Source of the DNA: Candidatus Omnitrophota bacterium
Lineage (GTDB): Bacteria > Omnitrophota > Gorgyraeia > JAFGHF01
DNA length: 59,097 nucleotides
Assembly: GCA_042571705.1 (NCBI GenBank)
Contig: JBHPFV010000007.1
Coordinates: forward strand, 1 to 59,097
Reading direction: 5' to 3'
A program made the position numbers and the translations under genes. Position 1 is the first letter of the stretch. Each line of letters starts with the position of its first letter. Positions 19,040-30,700 of this stretch are shown here, piece by piece. The notes beneath the pieces were generated by a model. That model had not been told where the DNA came from. It ran no database searches and saw nothing but the letters and a program-made list of their open reading frames with translations.

Positions 19040-20328
19040 CGCTGCTTCTTTTTGATCGGAAACCTGATCACAAAGGTAGTATTAAAAGACCCTTCCTTGG
19101 GTGGGGGGCTCTCGATTTCCACGCAGCCGTTGTGTTCGCCGACGACCTTCTTAACTATGGCCAGACCTAATCCGGTGCCGCTGCTCTTGCCATAGGTGGC
19201 AAAAGGCTCAAAGATGTTCGCTTTTATTTCTTCAGGAATACCGCCTCCTGTATCGGCCAGCCTGATCTCCACATCCTCACCGAGAGCATTTGTCTCTATC
19301 TTCAGGGTTCCGCCTGTTTTAGACATGGCATCCCTGGCATTGTAGGCAATATTCAGGATCACCCTCTGGATCTTGCCCTTATCCATATAAACCGGGCCGG
19401 TATAATTCAAGTTGGCAACCAGATCAATAGCCTTGTCCTTAAAATCTCTTTCTAAGCAGCCGCAGATATCATCCATCAGATCCTGCAACGAGGCCTCGGC
19501 AAGCGATAAAGTCGACTTGCCCTTGGCAAAGTCTAAGATTTCGACCGTCATACCCATCAGGCGGTCTACGTCACCGACGATAATCTTATGAAACTCCTCG
19601 ATGTCTTTGGTCCCCACGGTCTCCTTTTTCATCATCAACAGATCGGCAAAACCCTTGATCGTGGTCAAAGGGTTGCGGAAATCATGGACAATCCGGCTGG
19701 CCATGTTGCCGATGGCGGAGAGCTTGCCCATCGTCACCAGTTTCTGCTGGGCCTCGATCAATTGTTCGTGTTTTGTTTTAAGCGACTGGTGTTTCTTTAA
19801 GATCTTCTCGTAGAGCATGGCATTTTCAATGGCGATAGCGGCTTGACCGGCAATGATCTCTAAAAGTCTGATGTCTTCAGACGAAAAGCTCAGCCCACCT
19901 TGTTTGTTGATCACCTCTAAGGCGCCAATCAGCTCTTTTTTATGCACTATCGGCACGGCCAAGATGGACTTACTTTTAAACCCTGTCTTCTTATCCAGTC
20001 CGGAACTAAACCTTTTATCTTTGGCCACATCAGCTATATTCAAATATTTTCTTTCCTTGGCCACGGTGCCGATGATGCCCTGGCCAAGTTTTATCCGAAA
20101 CTGCTTAATCTGCGCGCCCTGTTCCCCCAACGCCACAGTAAAATATAAATCCTTCTTACGTTTATCATAAAGGGCGATAGAGGATACCTCGGCATCAACA
20201 GTCTTGGTCGCCTCTTCCATGATCAAATTCAAAAGACGGTCTAAGCTGCCTATGGCCGCGGAGCTTAAGAACTCATTGACCCTATAGATGGTGGTTATTT
20301 CCTTATTCTGATCGATTGATTTATTCAT
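19036..20328 (-). CDS. Cytoplasmic GAF-domain sensor histidine kinase
   Basis: GAF (GQGIIG..LAVPI..LEVINK), H-box VHDFRNPL, N-box NARDAM, DTGGGI, GTGLGL. Confidence 0.93.
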   Translation of the reverse strand: MNKSIDQNKEITTIYRVNEFLSSAAIGSLDRLLNLIMEEATKTVDAEVSSIALYDKRKKDLYFTVALGEQGAQIKQFRIKLGQGIIGTVAKERKYLNIADVAKDKRFSSGLDKKTGFKSKSILAVPIVHKKELIGALEVINKQGGLSFSSEDIRLLEIIAGQAAIAIENAMLYEKILKKHQSLKTKHEQLIEAQQKLVTMGKLSAIGNMASRIVHDFRNPLTTIKGFADLLMMKKETVGTKDIEEFHKIIVGDVDRLMGMTVEILDFAKGKSTLSLAEASLQDLMDDICGCLERDFKDKAIDLVANLNYTGPVYMDKGKIQRVILNIAYNARDAMSKTGGTLKIETNALGEDVEIRLADTGGGIPEEIKANIFEPFATYGKSSGTGLGLAIVKKVVGEHNGCVEIESPPPKEGSFNTTFVIRFPIKKKQR

Positions 20329-20363
20329 TTAATCCTCCTCGATAATCTTTGACAGAATATCTT

Positions 20364-21098
20364 TTAAGGAATTAAATACAAAGTTATACCCACGGCTAAA
20401 ACAATCGCCCCGCTAAAGGCGACCTCAAAAAAAGAGATAAATTCTTGACTTATACTAACCTTATATTTCAATGCGGCCTTGTAAATAGGCAGTCTCAGGC
20501 AGAATATAAACGGAATAATCAGTAAAAAGGCGATCGCGGTTTTAGCAGGTAGAAATATTAGCACGGTGACCGCCCGCTCGAATATCCCATACCACTTCTC
20601 AAATGGGGTATAGCGGTGCTTGTTTTTGAGAAAGCTGGCTTTGAAGGTCTCAATCAAGTAAGTCCCGCTGTAACTGCCGGCGATCAGCAATGTCAGATAG
20701 ATGATAATCTTATCGTTGTTGTAAAAGCTAAGCAGCGGACTGGCTATCCCCTCTACGGGTTTTAAGCCTTTGAGCCCGGTAAAAAATACCGTGGCGATAA
20801 TGGCGATATGCAGGAGTTGATCGGATAGATACGGCCAAAAGCCCTCTTTTTGATCTTTGGTCCGGGCGATCTTGACCCAATCCTGCAAAAGATGGGTTAT
20901 GCTGACCAGGCCGATAAACGCCCAAATACCCGGCAGATGAAGATAAGGCCAGGAGCAAAGGATCAGACAGCCGGTAATTATAAGTACATGAGGTATAGTA
21001 CCTCTTATACCTTTATATCTAAGCTTATAGATCTCGGCAAATTGGAGTGGAAAGTCGCCCACGAAATGGGCTAGTAATAATCGTAGAAAGATGAACAT
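20364..21098 (-). CDS. DUF3307-like membrane protein
   Basis: LLAHFVGDFPLQ, H..QD..K, DQLLH, YGIFER. Confidence 0.75.
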   Translation of the reverse strand: MFIFLRLLLAHFVGDFPLQFAEIYKLRYKGIRGTIPHVLIITGCLILCSWPYLHLPGIWAFIGLVSITHLLQDWVKIARTKDQKEGFWPYLSDQLLHIAIIATVFFTGLKGLKPVEGIASPLLSFYNNDKIIIYLTLLIAGSYSGTYLIETFKASFLKNKHRYTPFEKWYGIFERAVTVLIFLPAKTAIAFLLIIPFIFCLRLPIYKAALKYKVSISQEFISFFEVAFSGAIVLAVGITLYLIP

Positions 21099-21105
21099 AT
21101 CTCAT

Positions 21106-21134
21106 AATATACCTGTGAGTTACGGATTTGTCAA
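21106..21134 (-). promoter_or_regulatory. Sigma70 promoter, probably producing a leaderless transcript
   Basis: TTGACA-17-TATATT ending 7 nt before ATG 21098; no RBS. Confidence 0.6.
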
Positions 21135-21170
21135 GTCCAATCTCACATGGTTGCTAAATCTCCGCCTCAA

Positions 21171-21218
21171 CGGAACTGGTTCCACCGGATTATTAGCATA
21201 AGCTGGGAACCTGTTCCG
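21171..21218. repeat. Intergenic imperfect hairpin
   Basis: CGGAACtGGTTCC...GGAACCtGTTCCG arms with inner TTAT/ATAA. Confidence 0.55.
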
Positions 21219-21280
21219 AGCAGCACAAAGGTGCTTTGCCAGGTTAGTCGTGCCAAAAAGGAAATACATGTTGGGCAATT

Positions 21281-21320
21281 TATCAATACTTATCAATAGC
21301 TATCAAAATATAACAGATAC
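21281..21320 (+). promoter_or_regulatory. 10-bp-periodic direct repeats (candidate HTH binding array)
   Basis: TATCAATACT TATCAATAGC TATCAAAATA TAACAGATAC. Confidence 0.55.
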
Positions 21321-21340
21321 ATAAAATATGTAAAATGAGC

Positions 21341-21369
21341 TTGCATCTAACAACTTTGTGTGATATACT
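21341..21369 (+). promoter_or_regulatory. Sigma70 promoter of the HTH/giant protein locus
   Basis: TTGCAT-17-TATACT with extended -10 TG. Confidence 0.7.
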
Positions 21370-21396
21370 CTTATCATAGTAAACGGGAATGGGCAG

Positions 21397-21633
21397 ATGG
21401 TGAAAAAAATGGGATTAGAAGAAAAACAAGCTTACCCAAAGCGTACGCAGATAATGACACTCCAGGAACTAGCTAAGTATTTAGGAGTGCATCCGATAAC
21501 CATCTATCGCCTACTTAAGGAAACAGATATCCCGGCATTTAAAATAGGAGGACAGTGGAGGTTTAAGAAAGACATCTTAGACCTCTGGCTAATGTCCAGG
21601 ATGGATAAAAGAAACAATCGCCTCCTGAAGTAA
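21397..21633 (+). CDS. Excisionase/BldC-type HTH_17 DNA-binding protein
   Basis: IMTLQELAKYLGVHPITIYRL..IPAFKIGGQWRF. Confidence 0.88.
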   Translation: MVKKMGLEEKQAYPKRTQIMTLQELAKYLGVHPITIYRLLKETDIPAFKIGGQWRFKKDILDLWLMSRMDKRNNRLLK

Positions 21634-21652
21634 TATAATTAGAAGCTAGTCT

Positions 21653-21747
21653 GTCTTTTGAAAAAGGCAAGTTCGCATCAAAAGTGCGATAACGCAAAGC
21701 TCGAGAGTCCCGATTGAAACAGGCGGGACAGTCAGCTGCCAAAAGGC
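21653..21747 (+). ncRNA. c-di-GMP-I (GEMM-I) riboswitch, variant
   Basis: P1 GUCUUUUG/CAAAAGGC; AAAGGCAA; P2 UCGCA/UGCGA; ACGCAAAGCU; P3 GUCCCG/CGGGAC; AGUCAGCUGCC; G20, A47 and C92 equivalents present. Confidence 0.8.
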
Positions 21748-21748
21748 A

Positions 21749-24700
21749 ATGAAAAAACGTAGATTAATCCATATATTTTTCTTCTTGCTCTCACTCTCCT
21801 CCCTACTACTCTATCCTTCATCAGCCATATTGCTGGCCCAAGGTAATCCTCAACCACAAAAAGAAAATTTGATCACGATTAAAAATATTGAGGGCATGGT
21901 CCAGATCAAAAAAGCCGACCAGGCCGGCTGGAGCAAGGCCGCGGCCGGGGATATCCTCTCGACCAACCACAGGATCCGCACGCTGTTAGAATCACGCGCG
22001 GAGCTGGAATACTCAGACGGCTCAATCCTGACTTTAAGAGAAAACAGCATCCTGGATATCAAAGACATCTCCTACGACAAAAAGACCGGAAAACATAAAA
22101 GAGAGATAAAATTAAATTTGGGCGGGATGAAATACAAGGTCACGCCTTTGCGCGAAAAAGGCTCGGAATTTAAAATCCACTCCTCCACTGCTATCGTCGG
22201 AGTCACCGGTACCGAAGGGATCATCGCTACTGATGGTGAGGGTAAGCCAACCAGCAATATCCTGGTCGAAGGCACGACTTACAATACTGATGAAGATGGA
22301 TCAGGCGGACGCCCGTTAAAGGCCGGCAATACCTGGCTGATCGACGAAGCCGCCGAATCCGAAAAATACATGTCCACAGACGATGAAACAGACGCAGCTG
22401 AGTATGATCAGGCCGACCCGGAGCTGGCTGCCAGGTTTAATGCCTTCCTCGCCTTATTTAACCAAAAGCAGGCCCAAGGCTACATCGTCGATGAAGCTAT
22501 CCTGGAAACACTGACCCAGGCGATGCTCAACCGGGATTACCTCAGGGCCAAACAACTGCTTGATCAAGCGGAATTAAAATTAGCCGAGGCCAAAAAACCT
22601 ACTGATCCCCAGGCCCAGGAACTCAGCCAAGCGCTGGAGCTGATCAGGACAGAGTTAGCGGCAAAAGAAACCGCAGGTTATGATTTACAGGGTATCTACC
22701 TGATCTTCTATCAAAGCGAAGAAGCTTACCGGCAAGAAAAATATGCGGCTGGATTAGATCTACTCGAACAGATTAAACTCGGATTATTAAATTTAGTTAA
22801 AGCCGAAGATGATTTTCCGCAAAGACTAAACCAATTAATGGACCGGATCAGTGAAAAAGCAAAACTAGGGTTTATGGTCGAAGAGCCGATCGAACTAGCC
22901 AAAAAATCAGATCTAGCCTATCGTAATGGAGCGCGGGCTGAGGCCGAGGCACTGCTGCTTGAAGCCCGCCAAATGCTATTTCAGGCTAGACGAATAATCC
23001 CGCCGGAGCTATTAGCGGGGCTAACTAGATTAAAGGAAGAGATCTTAACTAAGAAAGCGGATGGCTTTGATATCTTAGAAATCGAAGAGCTTTTAGCCCA
23101 AGTTGATCAATTGCTGGCTCAAGGCAAATATATCGAGGCCGGGCAAATACTACGGGGAATAGAAGCAACCTTGCCTTCGTTAACCAAGACCCTGCCTAAA
23201 GAACTGGCTTATCTATTCAAGACCTTTGAGGAAAAACTGGCTAAAAAAGAGGCCATTGGATTTGATCTGACTGAATTGCAAAATTTAATTAAGTCTGTTT
23301 ATGAAGCTAAACAAGCCGGTGACCTGGAAACAATGAATGCCTTATTAACAGAAGTCTTTACTGTATTAAAACAGCTGGGACCGCCGATTGGATTAACCAA
23401 CCGGCTTAAAGAGTTTAAAGAAAAAGTTGAAGAATTAAAGGCAGCGGGTCTCTCAGCCACAGATATTGACAATCTAGCCATGCAGATCGAGGCGGCCTTA
23501 GCAAAACAAGATCTGAACCTGGTGCGCCAATTGTTAGATCAGGCCGAAGGTCTGCTAGCCTCACTTAAAGACACGGAACCGCCAACAGTTCAGGTATCCG
23601 ATTTAGAGTACAGCGAAGATTCAGTGCAGATCTCTGGTGTAGCCAGCGATAATGTCCAGGTCGACCAAGTCACTGTCAATGGCGCGCTGGCTGTATTGGA
23701 CGATACCGGATCCTTTAATAAGGAATTATTACTCACCTCTTTGCTGGCCGAGGTAATCGTCATCGCCAAAGACGCCGAAGGCAACAGCTCGCCTGAGATA
23801 ATTATCGCTATAGCTGAAGAAAAACTAAGCGCACTCACCACAGAAGATAGCGCTGCAATTCCTGAGCTTAACGCTGATCTTAGTTACAGCGAAACCGGCG
23901 TGGTAGTTACAGGAAAAACAGATCCCGGAGCGGTAGTTACTGCCGGTGAATTAAATGTAACCGCGGATAGCGCCGGGGCCTTTTCCCTGAGCCTGAACGG
24001 ATCGCCTGAATTAGTGGAAAATGGCTTAAGCTTAATCGCTTCCGCCGCAAACGGCAATAGCTCCGCTGAACTAAAACTAGATGTGGAAGATAAATGGCTA
24101 CCGGAACTAGAAGTAACAGACGTCCAGCTATATGACAATATGCCGCCTAGCTTAACCAGTGATCCCTTAAGCTACCAAGGCGAGTTAATCGAAGTAAAAG
24201 GCAAATCTGTTGACACGGCTAATATCACCATCCTGGGAAATGTGGAAGATATCGGCTCAGGAGTAGCCAGCCTGACGATCAATGGCCAAAACGCTAGCTT
24301 AGAGGCCACAGGACAATTTAAACACACCGTATTGCTCACGGCGGAATTAAAATCGATCGCGGTAGAGCTTTTGGATAAAGCCGGGAATAAAAATATCTTT
24401 TCCCGCCCGCTGGACCTATTCCTCTACCCTGCGCTGGTGACTGTAAATGACCGTGAAATTAATGTCGATGAAAATGGAAACTTTTCCACTCAGCTCACGG
24501 CTACTGTTGAGCTAACCGAAGTTCTGATCCAGTCTAAAGATAAATTAGGAAACGAAACTACTCCGCTTAAGCTAATGGTTGTTGATAGGATTGCTCCGGA
24601 AATAAGCTTAGGCGATATCCAATACGAAATTGATTCTGTGCAGATTAGCGGTCAAACTGAACCGGACTCGCTTTTATCGGATACCAGCGGGGCTTTATTC

Positions 24701-27700
24701 CAAGATAATCTCCCTGTAGAGGCATCCGGTTTATTTACCATAACAATCCCCCGGCCAAAAAGCAATTTGACCGGGACATTGGTAGCCCAGGATGCTTCCG
24801 GAAATACCTCTGCAGGCATCGCGGTTACCATCGAGGCCTTAACAGATGAAAAACCGCCTCAACTGAGCGTAGCTAATCTGATTCTTAGAGCGGGTTTGGT
24901 AATTGTCTCGGGCGTAGTCGAAGATGATACGGGAATCGAATCTGTAACAGTCAATAACCAAGCAGTCGAGCTCACCGGCAACGCCTTTTACAAAGAACTT
25001 ACGCTTTCAGCCGATTTGGTAAAAGTAGTGGTAGTAGCCACTGATTTATCCGGTAAAACCGCGACTGTTGAGCAGGTGACCAAAGATGATCTCCCTCCTA
25101 CTCTGACCTTGGCCGACTTAAGCTATGAAGAGGGTTATTGTCTGGTTCAGGGAACGGCAACCGACAACCTGGGCTTAAAAGAAGTAAGAGTAAATAATAT
25201 ACCTATAGATATAGCCCTGCCGGCTGGAGGAGAGTTTGAATATAAGTTGGCCCTAACCGCGGGGTTAGAAAATGTGGTTGTTTCGGCTATTGATTTATAT
25301 GGTAACTATCAGGAAACCGAACCAAAAGAGATAGTCCCGCCGCTGGATCGTGTTGCTCCTATCCTCACTCTTAACGAACTAACTTATGGCAGCCCCACGG
25401 CAATTGTATCCGGAACAGTTACTGACAACATCGGACTAAGATCAGTGCTGATTAATGATCAGCCGATTGATTTTTATGAGGACGGCTCGTTTAAACTAGA
25501 GTTGGATATCACCATTGGATTACCCGAGGCCACACTAAATAACGCTATTTACGACGCTGAGTTCGTAATCATCTCCGGCACAGTAAATCTGCCCAGCCAA
25601 ACCCCTAGTCAAGTAAAAGCCATAGCCGAAGACTTAGCCGGAAATAAAAGCATGGAAATAAAAAGGGAGGTCAACGCCCTGAACCTTGAGGAATATAAAG
25701 TTACAGTTAATGGCTCAGCGGTTGATTTAGAAAATGGGGCTTTTAGAAGTGAATTAATCCTGGAACAAGGCCTGGATACTGTAGCGGTCCTGGTCTATGA
25801 TTCTCTGGGCCGCGTTTCTGAAGAGCTCAAGGTTCCTATAGAAACCACCCCTCCTATTCTTGAGGTAAATCAAGAAACTTACGCCGGAGATACCGTGACC
25901 GTGTCCGGAAAAGCCAGCGATGAGCTTTCCGGTTTAGACGAAATATTAATTAATAATACCTCTATTGATTTTTCCGGCGACGGCGCATTTTCACAAACAT
26001 TACCGATCTCCGAATCCACGGTCACTATAGTGGCCTTGGATAGAGCAGGTAACATGACCGGCTCGATACCGATAACAGTCTCGCCGCCCGATACAGCGCC
26101 GCCACTATTTGTGGTCGGACTGAATCCGGTACCGGCTACTATTGGGAATGATCTGAGCGTAACTATTGATGTCTTAGACAGCAAGACCCGGCAGCCGGAA
26201 ATGTTAGACGGTACACCTGTAGTCAACGCTGTTCTTTCTGACGGTCAAGTTAAGCCCATCGAGATCTCCGGTTCCGGCGCATCATTCTATGGCGCTCTTT
26301 CAACAACCGGCCTGCCTACAGGACTGATTACTTTAACAGTCGAAGGTAAAGATACATCCGGCAACCTGGGTAATGTAAAAGAAGGGCTGGATAATGTCTT
26401 ATTAAATACAATTGATACCAGCGCGCCCAGCTTTAGCGTCAGTCTAACTCCCGCTCCACCTGCTTTCGTAGGGGCCGAGGTTACAGTAAATGCCGCCTCC
26501 AGTGAAACCCTGAAATCCTTACCCAACGGTACGCTGACATTACCGGATGGGATCAGTTTTGAATTCGCCCTGGAAGGCGCTCTCAGCGGCACAAGCTTTA
26601 CCTCCAATTTATCCATCCCGGCTGAGACCATCCCCGGGACAGCTACGCTTAACCTGACTGAGGCGGTGGACCTGGCGGATAATGCGCAAACTTCGCCTAC
26701 TGTTTTTAGTTTTGAGATCGAGCCGGAAGAGGTTGCCGCCAGTCTTCCTTTAAGAATAGAATTCTCTGAAATCACTAATGATCGCATAGCAGTTAAAGGT
26801 CTGAGCAGCCCGCAGGCAATCATCCATATCACGCTGGGAGAAATCAAGGCCGACATCCCCGCTGATGACAATGGGTTGTTCCATTTTATAAAACCTCTCT
26901 TAAGTGAAGACTTAGAATTGATGAGGACATTAGGCGCTTCGATCTTGCTTGATTGTCATGCCACTAACTATGCCGGGCTGATCTCCGAAAAGATCAGTCT
27001 GAATATACCCTTGCCTGCCGCTATTGCGGAGACTAGAGGCGGTGAGAATTTCCTCATCGATATCTCTCCTTACCCGATCGAACAAGGACAAACTGCCCAG
27101 TTTGACATCACTTCACGCCGAGGGCTTCGGGAAGCGCCGAACGTAAGTATCAGATTGAGTAATGGCCGCACAGAGCTGGTGAATATTACCGGTTCAGGCC
27201 GACAATTCCAGGGAATCTATCAATCAACACCGGCCACAGCAATCGGCCCGGCTATTATCCAGATCAAAAGTGAGGATATTTTTGAATCCCGTCCTGGCCT
27301 GATTGTTCCTTCTTCCGAAACCTATGCGGCCATGGCCGGTTCAGGATTTTTTACAATCATCGCCAATCCGGATCCTTTGCCGATGGGAAAAGAATTGGAT
27401 GTTTCCATCACCGCGGAGCGCGCGATAAAGAAAACTCCCAGCTTAGAGATCAGACTGCCCAATGGCAGATTAGACCAGATCATTGTATCAGGAGAAGGCT
27501 CGCAGTTTAACGGAAAATATCTCTGTCCTCAAGATATCCATCCCGGACCGGCGGAGCTAATCGTAAATATGGGTCAACGCAGCGAATCCCGGCGTCCTTT
27601 TGGTATCGCTCCTCCTTATGGTAGAAGGACTCGCGAAGGTGATGTGTTCACATTTTCCAATCCCCGGCCTATGGCTACAGGCAGCTCAGCCACAGTCACT

Positions 27701-30700
27701 GTAAAATCCCGGCACCCCTTAGAAGAAATACCTGGCGCGCAGCTGCTCACCAGCGCTGGCAAGCTTATTCCTATCGAACTCAGCGGCAGCACTCCGGGTC
27801 ATCTATTCAATGCCACAATAGAAATATCCAGTGAGGTAAGTTTGGGGCCGGCGGTAATCATTATCAAAGATCAGGAAGGCAATATCCTTGATGAACATCC
27901 TACAGAAATCACTCCCGGGTTTGGCGCGGCGGATATGGAAGTAGAGGCATTGATGGTCCCTTCACCGGCTACGCCCAATCAAGTAGTAATGATCAATGTA
28001 AACTCTTTGGGTAAAGAACTTAATTTTAGGCCGCGGGGAAAACTGATTTTCTCAGACGGTTTAATCACGCCTTTGAATCTGGAAGGGCCGATACCGGCAA
28101 TGCAATTCAGGACCCCAATAACAATACCGCAAACCGCATCCTTGGGTCCGGTAAACATAATGATTCTCGATGCAGCCGGCCTGCCTATTGGCGGAGGTCA
28201 AGCTTACATCTCCAGGACTCAGCGCGGTGGCGGTTCCGGTGAGCTAAAGGTGTCAGTGATGCCTCCCAATCCTCTGCCGGGTGACCCCTTAGAGGTTTCC
28301 ATATCTTCAGATGCCAGCTTGCAATCTATCAGATGCGCTTTAGAAGTACCTGGGAAAGGGCCTCAGGATATTCGCTTAGAGGGTCCGATACCCGGAAATA
28401 GATTTAGAGCGAATATCTCGTTCCCTCGCGATGCCCAACCTCGAGGTTCAAGAATAGACGTGTTCTTTGATCGCGGGGCCGGCGAAGAAACACAAAGCTT
28501 CTTCCTCGAAGGCCGACATCACGAAGGAGGAGGTCACCGGCCGCCTGAACTAAACCCCTTCCCTCCTATGCCCGGAAAGCCCCTGGTGATCACTCTACAT
28601 GCGCCTTTCATAATGGACTTCGCGCCCAGCGTCAGAGTAAATTACATAACCGGCAATGAGTCATTAGCTACTAACGGCCCGATACCCGGAGACAGATTTA
28701 CCGGAACTTTACCTAATGTAGCCATGGCGGTAACATCGATCGATGTCTTAGGTCCCGGAGGTGAATTGTTAGTCAATCTACCTATTGAAATGCTGGGCGG
28801 CAGGCATGATGCGCCGCATATACAAATTATGCCCTTACCTTTAATGCCTGGCTCCCCGGCAAACCTGAGGCTGGAATTCCCTAGGCAGGTTTACAGTCTG
28901 CCAACAGCAAGCATAAAATTAGAAACCGGCCGGATGGTCCCGATAACTTTAACCGGTCCGATCCCCGGCAGCATGTTTACGGGCATGTTCAGCATTCCCC
29001 ACGATACTTCGTTCGGTCCGGCAAACTTAGAAGTTTATATCGATAACCAGCTTGTGCCCGGCGGCACCATGCCGGTCAATATCGGAGACAGCGGCCCTGT
29101 TAGCGGTGATCTTTTGGCCTTAATGATCTTCCCGGGAGCGCCGGGAGAATTAAATATAGATTGGCACCTCTTGCCTAGGGCAGAAAGACATAAAATAGAA
29201 TGTCAGGCCCCGGGATTACCTAAAAAGACATTTGACGCCGGCAGGAGGAGTCATTATTTTGTAACAGGCTTGGAGGCCGACAGCGAATATAAAGTAACAG
29301 TCATCGCCTTTGACAGCAGGCGTAGAGAAATTACCCGTTCAGAGTATTATATCCGAACCATCAGCTCAGCCTATGGCGGCCAGGGTTTTCCCCTTTATGT
29401 TCACCCTTCCGGACCGGGAAACCTGCAAATAAACTGGGACCATCAACCAGGCGTGCTAAGTTATAATCTCTTCTACGTCCAGGGAGCTAATGACCCATTA
29501 ACTCAAACACCGCACCCGGCAGGTAATGCCACAAGTTATCATTTATATGAGTTGGCTGCCGGGCAATATCAAATTCAGGTAGAAGCAATGCTCTCAACAG
29601 GCGAGACAATGCTCAGTGAAATCAGAACAGAATATGTCAGCAGTGATTTTGATTATGGCCGGCCTCCTGTAGAGCTACATCCCTATCCGCCTATAACCGG
29701 ACAACCTTTAGATATTGATGTGCTGCTTCCGATGACAATTCCTGTTCTGCCCAGTGTAAAAGCCCAATACGCCACTGCCGGTGAAGACGCCTTTACCATG
29801 TCCGGGCCCCTGCCGGGCTCTAGCTTCCACGGGACCCTGGCCTCAGTAAAAGATACGATTACCGCGATAAATTTCTATGACCCGATCAGCGGCGGAATGA
29901 AACATTCCCATCCGATTGGCGGGGATTTGTATTATGATATTACACCATATGACCTCTGGGTCAGAATCAGCGTAGATCCTGAGCCAGCTGTAGGCACTGA
30001 GACAAGTATTAATCTTGATTTCAACCAAGAAGTTGATTTTCAACACGCGGGGTTAAGACTGCTGGTAGGTTTTGTGGGTGGCCGAGAAATTGAGATACCT
30101 GTATCTAGTTCCGGCCCGCAAATGAGCTATCAGGCTATGCTAAGCGCGACCCAGCATAGCGAAACCATAGAAACGATCGGCATAGAAGGTTCCCGAGGCA
30201 TGGTCCCTGAAGAATATATCAACACCCAGGCCAGCGGTGGAATTACCGCCACGCTCTCGATCACGCCTGATCCGCCAATAATGGGTACAAATACACAAAT
30301 TCAAGTCAGTATAGCTGACGCTGGCACGTATCAACCGCGCAATATAGATTCGCTTCCTGCGGTCGGCGTAGATCTTGCTAGCGGCACGATGTGGGAATTA
30401 ACTGCCAATGGATCATTGCCGGGTTCTGAGTTTTCCGCTGAACTAACTCAAGCTATGTTCACTGCCCCTATTGAGTTAATTGACGTAGAGTATAATGGCG
30501 TGCTTATTGCCAGCAAGACTTTTGTTGTCGAAGGTGGCCCGGTTACATTTGGCCCGATGTTCTATCCCGATCCTCCGCAAACCGGACAGCCGTTAAACTT
30601 GAATCTGGATATTCCTCCCGATGAACCACCCATGTCTGGATTCCCTGAGGTCAAGATTAATTACGCCTCAGGCACAACTCCAGCAAGTGAATATATGGAA

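Noticed and set aside
21397-21633. Prophage or ICE implied by the excisionase-like gene
   Set aside because: No integrase, phage or conjugation genes nearby; more likely a stand-alone regulator
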